Program-made: the position numbers and the translations under genes | Source of the DNA: a virus | Taxonomy: Duplodnaviria > Caudoviricetes | IMG/VR virus record: IMGVR_UViG_3300035670_000285 | Location: 1-53,088 of that record | Direction: 5' to 3' (one strand) | DNA length: 53,088 nucleotides | The notes under the pieces: generated by a model | What the model saw: the letters and a program-made list of their open reading frames with translations, nothing else | Databases searched by the model: none | Told to the model about the DNA's origin: nothing | Shown: piece by piece, positions 19,287 to 29,258 of the stretch | Numbering within the stretch: the stretch's first letter is position 1 | How the letters are laid out: each line of letters begins with the position of its first letter

Positions 19287-22200
19287 ATGGGTACTATTAT
19301 TATATTCAGTCCAATTCCTACTAGAACCGTAACTCCTACGGTAAGTAGAACGGCTACTCCTTCTGTAACTCCTACAGTAAGTGTAACTCCAACTCTAACA
19401 AAAACTCCTACTCCTACTGTTACCCCAACAGCTACAATAACACCTAGCGTTACCAACACACCAAGTGCTACTATCACTCCATCACCAACAGGAACTCCAG
19501 GAATTAGTTCCACAGCAAGTCCTAGTCCTAGTGTTAGTTTAACAGTAACACCTACTGTAACTCGAACAGCAACAGTAACTCCTTCTATAACACCAACAGC
19601 AACAATAACTCCTACAGTAACACGTACTCCATCTGTTACTAATACACCTACAATTACTCCTACATCTACAATTACTCCTAGTGTAACTGTAACGCCAACT
19701 TTAACAAGTACTCCAACTGTAACTCCTTCTAATACTGTAACACCTTCTGTGACTGTTACCCCAAGTGTAACTGTTACTCTAACTGTAACTCCTAGTGTTA
19801 CTATTACACCTAGTGCTACTGTAACCCCAAGTGTAACTGTAACTGCTACAATAACTCCATCGGTTACTGTTACGCCAACAGTTACTATAACACCTTCTGT
19901 AACGGTTACACCAACACTTACCCCAACTACTACTATAACACCAAGCGCAACAATTACTCCTAGTGTTACTGTTACACCTAGTGCTACTGTTACACCTACA
20001 GTTACTCCAACTACTACTATAACACCAAGTGTTACTGTAACTCCATCGGTGACTGTAACATCTACTGTTACTCCTAGTGTGACTATTACTCCAACTGTTA
20101 CTATTACACCTAGTATTACTGCTACTCCAAGTTTAACCCCTTCAACAACTGTAACACCTAGTGCTACTATTACTCCTACAATTACTTCTTCTCCAAGTAT
20201 TACACCAACTAATACTGTTACTCCGAGTACTACTGTTACACCAACTATTACTCCGACAGTTACAATAACTCCAAGTGCTACTGTTACACCTTCTGTAACT
20301 GTAACTGCTACAATAACACCAAGTATTACACCAACAGTAACTGTTACTCCAAGTGCTACTATAACTCCTACTGTAACAATTACACCTTCACTTACTCCAA
20401 GTAGTACTGTTACCCCATCAGCCACAATTACTCCTACAGTAACTGTTACTCCTAGCGTAACTGTTACCCCAACAATAACACCTTCTATAACGGCTACTCC
20501 AAGTATTACCCCTTCTGTTACTATTACTCCTACAGTAACTATAACCCCAAGTATTACTAGAACAACTTCTGTTACTCCTACTCCTACTATTACTCCAAGT
20601 ACTAGTATTAGTCCAAGTATAACACCTACTTCTACTCCAACATTAACTCCTTTCTTATCATTTAGTATAACACCTTCTATTACTCCAAGTATTAGTATTA
20701 GCCCTTCAATTACACCATCTGTAACAGCAACACCAACAGTAACACCTTCTGAGACTGTTACCCCATCAGTAACTGTAACTCCTAGTGTTACAGTAACTCC
20801 TACTGAAACTCCTACTCCAAGTATTACAGCAACGCCAACAGTAACTCCTTCATCTACTATTACCCCATCAGTAACTGTTACTCCAAGTGTCACTATTACA
20901 CCTAGTATAACAGCAACGCCATCAGAAACACCTACACCAACTGTAACAGCTACTGCTACTGTAACACCAAGTGTTACTGTTACTCCTAGTGCTACTGTAA
21001 CACCAAGTGTTACTGTCACAGCAACTGTTACCCCTAGTGTTACTATTACTCCTACAGTAACAATTACTCCGAGTATCACAGCTACAGCTACTATAACTCC
21101 TAGTGTTACAATCACTCCTTCAGCTACTGTTACTCCTACAATTACACCAACAACAAGTATAACACCAACAGTTACTATAACACCAAGTGTTACTATTACA
21201 CCTTCACTTACTCCTACTAGTACTGTTACACCTTCTGTTACTATTACTCCTTCTATTACGGCTACTGCTAGTATAACGCCTAGTGTAACAATTACTCCGA
21301 GTGCTACTGTAACTCCAACAGTTACTCCTTCAGCAACTGTTACACCTTCTGTTACTATTACTCCAACGTCTACTGTAACTCCTTCAGTTACTATAACACC
21401 ATCTATAACTCCTACTAGTACCGTTACCCCAAGTGTTACTGTAACTCCTACAGTTACTATTACTCCTAGTATTACACCAACACGTACTATCACTCCTAGT
21501 GTTACTATTACTCCTTCAATCACACCAACAAGGACAGTTACACCAAGTGCCACAATAACACCTAGTGTTACTATTACACCAAGCATAACTCCTACTAATA
21601 CACTTACTCCATCAGCTACAGTAACACCAAGTGCTACTGTTACTCCTACAATCACACCTAGCAATACAGTCACTCCATCAGCTACAATAACACCAACTGT
21701 AACAATAACTCCTTCAATTACAGCAACAGCTACAATTACCCCATCTGTAACTGTAACTCCTAGTGTAACTATAACTCCTTCTGTGACTGTTACTCCAAGT
21801 GTAACAATTACTCCTTCAATTACACCAACATCTACAATTACACCTTCTGTAACTGTTACACCAAGCGCAACAATTACTCCTACTATTACACCTACTTCTA
21901 CAGTAACTCCTAGTGTAACTGTTACTCCTACAATTACACCAACTAATACTGTTACTCCGTCTACAACTGTAACACCAACCTTAACTCCTTCAGCTACTGT
22001 TACACCGTCTGTTACTATAACACCTTCAGCTACTGTTACTCCTACAATTACACCTACTAATACTATTACACCTAGTGCTACTGTTACTCCTTCAATTACA
22101 CCAACAAGAACCATTACACCTACTTCTACAGTAACACCTAGTGTAACTGTTACTCCAAGTATAACTGCTTCTCCTAGTATTACTCCTACATCAACTGTAA

Positions 22201-25200
22201 CACCAAGTGTTACTGTTACTCCTTCTGTAACTGTTACTCCAAGTGTAACAATTACTCCTAGTATTACACCAAGTAATACTGTAACTCCAAGTATTACACC
22301 TAGTATAACTCCGACTTCTACTCCAACATTAACTCCTTTCTTATCACTAACTGTTACTCCTACTATAACACCAAGTATTAGTATAACACCAACTATAACA
22401 GCTACTGCTACTGTAACTCCTAGTGTTACTGTAACTTCTACTGTAACACCAAGTATTACACCTAGTATTACTGCTACAGTATCACCAACATTGACCCCTA
22501 CTTCTACTGTAACTCCAAGTATAACAGCTACTATTACTCCATCTGCTACAATTACACCTACAGTAACTGTTACACCTAGTGCTACTGTTACACCAACTAT
22601 TACCCCGACAGTTACAATAACTCCAAGTGCTACAGTTACCCCTACTATTACACCAACTGCTAGTATTACTCCTACACCAACTATAACACCAACAAGAACA
22701 ATTACCCCAACTCAAACTATTACTCCATCAATTACACCTACAAGGACAATTACTCCTAGTGTAACTGTAACGCCTAGTGTAACTATTACTCCTACACTTA
22801 CCCCAACTACTACTATAACACCGAGTGTTACTATCACACCTAGTATTACTCCTACAAGAACAATTACTCCGAGTATTACAGGTACACCTGCCGCTTCTAT
22901 AACTGCAAGTGTAACTGCTACTCCTAGCATAACACCAACTGTTACTATTACTCCATCTGTAACTGTAACTCCTAGTGTAACAATTACCCCAAGTATTACA
23001 CCAAGTAATACTGTAACTCCTTCAGCTACTATTACTCCTACAATAACACCTACAGCGAGTATAACACCAACTGTAACTGTCACACCAACTGTTACTATAA
23101 CACCAAGTATCACAGCAACAGCTACTATTACTCCTAGTGCAACAATTACTCCGAGTATAACAGCTACAATATCTCCAACTCCTGTATCTACAATTACACC
23201 AACAGTTACTGTTACACCAAGTATTAGTCCAACAGTTACTATTACACCTAGTGTAACTGTTACTCCATCTGTGACAATAACTCCTAGTATTACATCAACA
23301 CCTTCAATTACACCAACACGAACTATTACTCCTACACGGACAATTACTCCAAGTATTACTGCTACTCCAAGTATTACACCAACACGAACTATTACCCCTA
23401 CAGTAACCATAACACCTAGCATAACAGCTACTGTATCTCCAACTCCTGTATCTACAATTACACCAACGGTTACAGTAACTGTAACTATTACTCCATCATC
23501 TACAATTACTTCAACAGTAACAGTAACACCAAGTGCTACTATTACTCCTACAATTACACCAACAAGAACTATTACTCCATCTAGTACTATTACACCTAGT
23601 ATTACTGCTACCCCTAGTATTACTCCTACAAGAACAATTACACCAACAGTAACTGTAACTCCATCAATTACTCCTACTAAAACTATAACTCCAAGTATTA
23701 CTGGTACTCCGGCATCTTCTATTACTCCAACAGTAACACCTACTAGCAGTATTACTCCAAGTATTACTCCTACAAGAACAATTACACCAACACGGACTAT
23801 AACACCAACACGGACTATTACTCCATCAATTACACCTACTAAAACTATAACTCCAAGTGTAACACGTACACCTTCAATTACTCCTACAAGAACAATTACA
23901 CCAACAGTTACTCCTACAAGAACAATAACACCTACTAGATCTATTACACCAACAGTAACAAGAACTGCTTCTGTTACTCCAACAAAAACTATAACTCCAA
24001 CAAAAACTGTTACTCCTAGTATAACACCTACACGGACAAGGACACCATCAATTACTCCTACACGAACAATAACACCAACAAAAACTATTACTCCAAGTAT
24101 TACTTCTACAAGAGCAGCTACTCCAAGTGTTACTCCTACTAAGAGTATTACACCAACACGGACTATTACTCCATCAATTACACCTACTAGAAGTATTACT
24201 CCTACAAGGACAATTACTCCTACAAGAACACCAACAAAATCTATTACACCAACAAAAACTATTACTCCTACAAGGACAATTACTCCTACAGTAACACCTA
24301 CTAAGAGTATTACACCTACTAAGAGTATTACTCCTACTAAGAGTATCACACCATCACCATCTAGACCTCCTTCTATTACCCCATCAATTACTTCAACACG
24401 AACAGCTACACCACTCCCATCAATTACTCCAACAACTAGTATTACACCAACAAGAAGTGTTCCACCAACACCATCAGTTACTCCTACAATGACACTCACT
24501 CCTACTAGAACTCCTACTGTAACTCCTACACCATCACCTAGTGTAGCTTGTTGTGGTAATGCTGCTGGCTCTGGATCATATGCTGGAACTGATTTGTATG
24601 TTTATCCAAATACTTATATTTGTTCTACATTTACAAGTAATGCTGTTCTATGGGTTAATGCTGTAGACAGACCAAATAGATTCTCAATCTATGATTCATC
24701 AGGTCAGGTAACAAGTTCAGGATGGGTTGGTTCGGCTAGCTATGCTGGTCCTTGGGGTGCTTCATTGAATGTACCAACACCACTTGCAATTCCATTTACT
24801 TGGAATTCTAGTACAAACAGATATGTTACTGTAGAAGCAGGACCTGGCAGTATCAGTGATGCATATGAATGGATACTATCTTGTGACTACTCAGTAGGAT
24901 TCTTCTCTTATGGTGCTACTTGTGCTGAAGCTTGTGGTGGAACTCCTAATATTCAACTTTACTCAAGTTGTAGTGCAACGTACTTTGGTCCTGGATGTGA
25001 TGTTAGAAGTAGCACAGGTCAAGAACCTACTCCTGGTTATTATGCTTCTGGTGGTTATTGTTACTTTATAAGTGAGTCTGCTTATGAACCTGTAGCAACA
25101 GATTCAACATCTACATTACCTGTTTACTTCCCTACAAGTTCATATACTATAGTAATTTCTAAAACTATATGCCCTTCAGTAACTCCTACACCAACTATAA

Positions 25201-25523
25201 CTCCGACTAGAACACCATCACCTTCAGTAACACCAGCTGCTCCTACACCATCTATTACTCCTACGAGAACAATAACACCAACTATAACTCCAAGCCCAAC
25301 ATCATCTACACTATATATAAAAGGTACAAATTGTACTGATTCAGGTGATGTTAGATCATTCTCATATAGTGGAGGATTACAAGATGGAGATGTAATCCAA
25401 ATTAATTCAGGGGCTAATATAGGATGTTATACACTAACCACATTTAAACCAGGAACTGGAACCAATGGTAATATTGATGGATTATATACAATTATTGGAG
25501 ATTGCTTAAATTGTACTGTATAA
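19287..25523 (+). CDS. giant Thr/Pro/Ser-rich (mucin-like) fibre protein with Cys-rich C-terminal domains
   Basis: 2078 aa; about 1740 aa of [ST]-x-T-[IV]-T-P repeats, then Cys-rich globular segments. Confidence 0.8.
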   Translation: MGTIIIFSPIPTRTVTPTVSRTATPSVTPTVSVTPTLTKTPTPTVTPTATITPSVTNTPSATITPSPTGTPGISSTASPSPSVSLTVTPTVTRTATVTPSITPTATITPTVTRTPSVTNTPTITPTSTITPSVTVTPTLTSTPTVTPSNTVTPSVTVTPSVTVTLTVTPSVTITPSATVTPSVTVTATITPSVTVTPTVTITPSVTVTPTLTPTTTITPSATITPSVTVTPSATVTPTVTPTTTITPSVTVTPSVTVTSTVTPSVTITPTVTITPSITATPSLTPSTTVTPSATITPTITSSPSITPTNTVTPSTTVTPTITPTVTITPSATVTPSVTVTATITPSITPTVTVTPSATITPTVTITPSLTPSSTVTPSATITPTVTVTPSVTVTPTITPSITATPSITPSVTITPTVTITPSITRTTSVTPTPTITPSTSISPSITPTSTPTLTPFLSFSITPSITPSISISPSITPSVTATPTVTPSETVTPSVTVTPSVTVTPTETPTPSITATPTVTPSSTITPSVTVTPSVTITPSITATPSETPTPTVTATATVTPSVTVTPSATVTPSVTVTATVTPSVTITPTVTITPSITATATITPSVTITPSATVTPTITPTTSITPTVTITPSVTITPSLTPTSTVTPSVTITPSITATASITPSVTITPSATVTPTVTPSATVTPSVTITPTSTVTPSVTITPSITPTSTVTPSVTVTPTVTITPSITPTRTITPSVTITPSITPTRTVTPSATITPSVTITPSITPTNTLTPSATVTPSATVTPTITPSNTVTPSATITPTVTITPSITATATITPSVTVTPSVTITPSVTVTPSVTITPSITPTSTITPSVTVTPSATITPTITPTSTVTPSVTVTPTITPTNTVTPSTTVTPTLTPSATVTPSVTITPSATVTPTITPTNTITPSATVTPSITPTRTITPTSTVTPSVTVTPSITASPSITPTSTVTPSVTVTPSVTVTPSVTITPSITPSNTVTPSITPSITPTSTPTLTPFLSLTVTPTITPSISITPTITATATVTPSVTVTSTVTPSITPSITATVSPTLTPTSTVTPSITATITPSATITPTVTVTPSATVTPTITPTVTITPSATVTPTITPTASITPTPTITPTRTITPTQTITPSITPTRTITPSVTVTPSVTITPTLTPTTTITPSVTITPSITPTRTITPSITGTPAASITASVTATPSITPTVTITPSVTVTPSVTITPSITPSNTVTPSATITPTITPTASITPTVTVTPTVTITPSITATATITPSATITPSITATISPTPVSTITPTVTVTPSISPTVTITPSVTVTPSVTITPSITSTPSITPTRTITPTRTITPSITATPSITPTRTITPTVTITPSITATVSPTPVSTITPTVTVTVTITPSSTITSTVTVTPSATITPTITPTRTITPSSTITPSITATPSITPTRTITPTVTVTPSITPTKTITPSITGTPASSITPTVTPTSSITPSITPTRTITPTRTITPTRTITPSITPTKTITPSVTRTPSITPTRTITPTVTPTRTITPTRSITPTVTRTASVTPTKTITPTKTVTPSITPTRTRTPSITPTRTITPTKTITPSITSTRAATPSVTPTKSITPTRTITPSITPTRSITPTRTITPTRTPTKSITPTKTITPTRTITPTVTPTKSITPTKSITPTKSITPSPSRPPSITPSITSTRTATPLPSITPTTSITPTRSVPPTPSVTPTMTLTPTRTPTVTPTPSPSVACCGNAAGSGSYAGTDLYVYPNTYICSTFTSNAVLWVNAVDRPNRFSIYDSSGQVTSSGWVGSASYAGPWGASLNVPTPLAIPFTWNSSTNRYVTVEAGPGSISDAYEWILSCDYSVGFFSYGATCAEACGGTPNIQLYSSCSATYFGPGCDVRSSTGQEPTPGYYASGGYCYFISESAYEPVATDSTSTLPVYFPTSSYTIVISKTICPSVTPTPTITPTRTPSPSVTPAAPTPSITPTRTITPTITPSPTSSTLYIKGTNCTDSGDVRSFSYSGGLQDGDVIQINSGANIGCYTLTTFKPGTGTNGNIDGLYTIIGDCLNCTV
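19315..24540 (+). repeat. degenerate 18-nt/12-nt coding tandem repeat (hexa-/tetrapeptide)
   Basis: TVTPSV/TITPSI/SITP units with varied synonymous codons; exact 33-nt duplications at 20628-20660/22314-22346 and 23171-23203/23435-23467. Confidence 0.9.
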
Positions 25524-25526
25524 TAT

Positions 25527-26066
25527 ATGATTCAAATAGATAATTTTTCAAAAGGATCCTTGTTCAATACTTTTATTTCAAATACAATTGAAAATGAAAA
25601 ATATATAATAGAAAAAAATCAAAAAAGAGGATTATGGCAAATGAGGAATAAGTATGAAGATTATTATAATATTTTAGGTATAGATTCAATTGAAATGATA
25701 ACGGGATATGCAAAAAAATTACTTAATATAGAATTTAATTCAATTTTAATATCCGGTTTAGGTATGGGAGTTATTCCTTTTATATGCCAAGAAAAATGCT
25801 CAATTATTGATGTTGTAGAAATAGACAACCAAGTTATTAATATAACCTCAGAAATAGGACATCTTAACCAAAATGTAAGAATATATAATAATGATATATA
25901 TAATTTTCAACCTTTAATAAAGTATGATGTTATACTTTTTGATCATTGGATGCAATATGCTCCCGAAGATGAAATGCAAATACTTAAATTAAAATATATT
26001 GATTATTGTAATCCAAATGGACTCATAACTTTTCCTGTTCATGAACAATTTTCATCTAATAGATAA
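25527..26066 (+). CDS. class I SAM-dependent methyltransferase (spermidine-synthase-like fold)
   Basis: ILISGLGMG motif I, IDVVEID, NDIY, KYDVILFDHW. Confidence 0.8.
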   Translation: MIQIDNFSKGSLFNTFISNTIENEKYIIEKNQKRGLWQMRNKYEDYYNILGIDSIEMITGYAKKLLNIEFNSILISGLGMGVIPFICQEKCSIIDVVEIDNQVINITSEIGHLNQNVRIYNNDIYNFQPLIKYDVILFDHWMQYAPEDEMQILKLKYIDYCNPNGLITFPVHEQFSSNR

Positions 26067-26084
26067 TTAATTTAAATAATAGTT

Positions 26085-26705
26085 ATGAGTTTTGATAATA
26101 ATTCCTTTAAGTATAATAAAGTAAATTATACTACAAACTGTATATTTTATACTAATGAAGATGGATCTAATAACGTTCCTTTAGCTCACGTATCGTTTAC
26201 AAATTTAGAAGAAAAACACGTTGAGATTGTAGCTCAAAATAAAGGACATATTTTAGAAATTGGATATGGTTTAGGATATAGTAGCAATAAATTTATAGAA
26301 TCAGGGGTTGAATTCCTTACTTGTATAGAAATAAATGATATTATATATCAACATGCTTTAGAATGGGCTAAAGATAAACCAAATGTAACTATTATAAACG
26401 GTGCTTGGGAAGAAGTTGTTCCTACTTTAACAACTAAATATGATGGGATATATTATTGTTCATCATTAGTTCAACATGCTCTTTTTTATGAATTATGTAA
26501 ACCTTTATGTAAAAAAGGAACTATAATATCTGCACAAGGATATATTTTTGATATGTCTCCTGATAAAGCTAATATAGAAGACAATATTGCTCCTCCTCAT
26601 ATATACGACGATATATTTACCGAAAATTTATATAATGATTTAGTGTATAAAGGATATTATAGGGTATATTGGAATATATTTGATGGGATAGATTATATAA
26701 AATAA
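26085..26705 (+). CDS. class I SAM-dependent methyltransferase (GAMT/Rmt2-like)
   Basis: GHILEIGYGLGYS, LTCIEIN, IINGAWEEVVPTL..KYDGIYY. Confidence 0.8.
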   Translation: MSFDNNSFKYNKVNYTTNCIFYTNEDGSNNVPLAHVSFTNLEEKHVEIVAQNKGHILEIGYGLGYSSNKFIESGVEFLTCIEINDIIYQHALEWAKDKPNVTIINGAWEEVVPTLTTKYDGIYYCSSLVQHALFYELCKPLCKKGTIISAQGYIFDMSPDKANIEDNIAPPHIYDDIFTENLYNDLVYKGYYRVYWNIFDGIDYIK

Positions 26706-26731
26706 TATTACACTTGTAATATTTATACTAT

Positions 26732-27931
26732 ATGCGACAATTTCTTTTACAACTTACAGGAGGAGGCACACCAGGCCCATTTGATGTCTATCTATCAGGC
26801 AGTGGAGGAGAAATTTTGTATATTACTGGTGTTACTAAGGTACAGTTACAAGCAGGAATAACCGTTGAACTACCCGATAATAATTTATATTCATCAGTAG
26901 TTGTATATAATGAATCATATGGATGTGCTAACGATGTTGTAGTACCTTTCCCTACTCCTAGTGCTACATTACCACCTAGTGCTACTGTAACTCCTACAAT
27001 TACTCCAAGTATTAGTGTAACACTTACAGTTACTCCAACTATTACACCAACTATTAGTATTAGTCCTTCACCTACTATATCTATTTCTGTTAGTCCTACA
27101 ATTACACCATCTAGAACAATAACACCATCAGCAACAGTAACACCATCAGTAACTACTACTCCAAGTATTACTCCATCTGTTACTCCTATTTGTGATTGTT
27201 ATCAATATGAAGTAACAAACTATTATAGTACAAGTCAAACAATATTCTATACTGATTGTGCTGGTAGTCCTCAATCGATTTCAGCAGCAGGTAATGGATT
27301 GCAAACATATATTAACTGTGCTCTTCAAGATTCCTTATCAACATCAGCAACAGTATGTGATCCTGGAATTATTACAGATTGTGTAACGTGGGTAGCAGCG
27401 GGTGTTCCTTGTGGAAATAGATGTAGTGCTGTTACTCCAACAGCTACTCCTACTCCTTCATTTACATCTACTCCATCAATTACACCTTCAATTACACCTA
27501 CAACAAGTATTTCACCTTCTATCGGGGTATCTGTTACCGCTACAATCACACCATCAATAACAGCAACTACAACTCCTACAGTAACGCCTACTAGGACACT
27601 CACTCCAAGTGTTACTTCAACTGTTACCCCAAGTGTTACCCCAACAGTAACACCAACAATAACTCCAACAGTAACAACTACACCTTCAATTACTTCTACA
27701 ATAACACCTTCTGTAGAAGCATCAATAACACCTTCAATAACACCAAGTACATCAATAATACCACCTACAATTACTCCTAGTCCATCAACAATACCACCTT
27801 CTGTAACTCCTTCTGTGACTCCTTCACCGGCTGTTGTAACATTATATTGCCTAGGATTTAGCGGAGCTTCAGATTGTTGTGATGCTATAGACAATTACAC
27901 ATTTAATTGTACTTATTGCGAATCTTGTTAA
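26732..27931 (+). CDS. second Thr/Pro-rich, Cys-rich appendage protein
   Basis: TPGPFDVY N-domain, two TP-repeat linkers flanking a Cys-rich domain (CDCYQY..YTDCAG); late motif at 26720-26727. Confidence 0.8.
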   Translation: MRQFLLQLTGGGTPGPFDVYLSGSGGEILYITGVTKVQLQAGITVELPDNNLYSSVVVYNESYGCANDVVVPFPTPSATLPPSATVTPTITPSISVTLTVTPTITPTISISPSPTISISVSPTITPSRTITPSATVTPSVTTTPSITPSVTPICDCYQYEVTNYYSTSQTIFYTDCAGSPQSISAAGNGLQTYINCALQDSLSTSATVCDPGIITDCVTWVAAGVPCGNRCSAVTPTATPTPSFTSTPSITPSITPTTSISPSIGVSVTATITPSITATTTPTVTPTRTLTPSVTSTVTPSVTPTVTPTITPTVTTTPSITSTITPSVEASITPSITPSTSIIPPTITPSPSTIPPSVTPSVTPSPAVVTLYCLGFSGASDCCDAIDNYTFNCTYCESC

Positions 27932-27941
27932 TAAAAATTAT

Positions 27942-28439
27942 ATGGCTGCAATATATTCTTCTTGTTCTCCTTTAGCTATAGGATGTTTTGTTTATACAAA
28001 CTCTAACCTAACTACACCGGCTAGTGATGGTACATACTATGATGGTACCAATTGTTGGAATGTAACCTCAGGTGAAATAGTTAGTCAGGGTTCTTGTACT
28101 TCTAGGTTATTAACTATATATGCTACAAATGATGGAAGCGCCCAAGTAGATATGCATTATAGTTTAGATAATGGTACTACATGGGAATTTTCAAATCTAA
28201 CAGTTGCAGGAACTTGTTCTTTACTTGCTACTTTTACTTTAGGTAATGGTTCTGGTATTTTAATTAGGTTTGGAGATCCAAATACTATTACAACTGTATT
28301 CCCGGCAAACAGAGCAGATGCTACAACAACATGTCCTACCTTTGATATTAATACGGCCACATGCGCTGCTCAAGGATTTTTAATGAACCAAGATAGAACA
28401 GCAGCTTTTACTATAAATTCAGATGAACTTTGTCCATAA
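27942..28439 (+). CDS. Cys-rich beta protein related to the C-terminus of 19287
   Basis: IYSSCSPLAIGCFVY..DGTYYDGTNCW resembles LYSSCSATYFGPGC..PGYYASGGYCY. Confidence 0.7.
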   Translation: MAAIYSSCSPLAIGCFVYTNSNLTTPASDGTYYDGTNCWNVTSGEIVSQGSCTSRLLTIYATNDGSAQVDMHYSLDNGTTWEFSNLTVAGTCSLLATFTLGNGSGILIRFGDPNTITTVFPANRADATTTCPTFDINTATCAAQGFLMNQDRTAAFTINSDELCP

Positions 28440-28453
28440 TAAACTACTAACCT

Positions 28454-28792
28454 ATGCCTATATCTAGCTTTAGTTTATCTTTTCAAAACCAAGTAACAAT
28501 ATATCAACAAAATGTTATTTGCCATGTTAAAGATAACGAATTTAATGCTTCATATAATCCAACATTATTACAAGATAATTTGTTTAGTGGTAGTAATTTT
28601 TATAGTCAATCATTAAATTCACCTCTACCTGAATTAAAATATTTTGCAACAGCATCATATTTTGAACCATATGTTACAACAGTTGGTTTGTATAATGAAC
28701 AAAATGATTTATTAGCTGTAGCTAAATTTGCACAACCTATTCCTTTATCTCAAAACACAGACATGACATTTGTCGTTAGATATGATAAGTAA
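28454..28792 (+). CDS. C-terminal half of the second attachment-protein paralog
   Basis: HVKDNEFNASYNP..YVTTVGLYNEQNDLLAVAKFAQP matches RVKNQDFNYTTNP..FITTVGLYNDQNELLAVAKLSRP of 17010. Confidence 0.75.
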   Translation: MPISSFSLSFQNQVTIYQQNVICHVKDNEFNASYNPTLLQDNLFSGSNFYSQSLNSPLPELKYFATASYFEPYVTTVGLYNEQNDLLAVAKFAQPIPLSQNTDMTFVVRYDK

Positions 28793-29216
28793 ATGGAAAA
28801 GCTGGGATGTTATAAATCCTGAAAAGTATTTTGGATTTGTTTATAAAATAATTAACTTAAAAACAGGAAAGTTTTATATTGGTAAAAAAGTGTTTTGGAA
28901 TAATAAAAAACACAAACTTACCAAAAAACAACTCGCTGAACAGTCAGGACCAGGACGTAAACCAACTCATGAAGTAATTCGCACTGAAAGCGACTGGCAA
29001 AAATATTGGGGTTCAAATAAACAGTTACTCGCAGATATTAAACAATACGGAGAAGATAATTTTGATTGCTGGATTCTTAAGCAATGTCGCACTAAAAAAG
29101 AACTTACCTATTACGAAATGCATTACCAGTGTAAAGAAGAAGTACTAATAGGTAAAAACAGATCATATAACGATAATATACTAGGAAAGTTTTTCACAAA
29201 AGATTTGGAAGCCTAA
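28770..29216 (+). CDS. GIY-YIG endonuclease
   Basis: GFVYKIINLKTGKFYIGKK..WQKYWGS..YYE..YNDNI. Confidence 0.8.
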   Translation: MSLDMISKWKSWDVINPEKYFGFVYKIINLKTGKFYIGKKVFWNNKKHKLTKKQLAEQSGPGRKPTHEVIRTESDWQKYWGSNKQLLADIKQYGEDNFDCWILKQCRTKKELTYYEMHYQCKEEVLIGKNRSYNDNILGKFFTKDLEA

Positions 29217-29235
29217 GAAATCCCCATTAGCTTTA
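29204..29235 (+). promoter_or_regulatory. host-sigma promoter for primase/nuclease
   Basis: TTTG(29204-29207)-20 nt-TAGCTTTA(29228-29235). Confidence 0.65.
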
Positions 29236-29258
29236 CCCTACAGGAGGTTTAAAAAGTT

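Noticed and set aside
19271-24499. Long minus-strand Val/Gly/Thr ORFs (947 aa and 595 aa; also 27325-27894)
   Set aside because: Antisense shadows of the Thr/Pro repeat: ACN/CCN/GTN/ATN codons seldom give in-frame stops on the other strand, and there are no expression signals
19315-24540. CRISPR array or ice-binding TxT beta-solenoid reading of the repeat
   Set aside because: No constant repeat with unique spacers, and the repeat is in-frame coding with synonymous variation; Pro every 4-6 residues argues against a regular beta-solenoid
18057-28792. Diversity-generating retroelement or invertase-driven tail-fibre switching
   Set aside because: No reverse transcriptase, recombinase, adenine-variable repeat pair or inverted gene in the window
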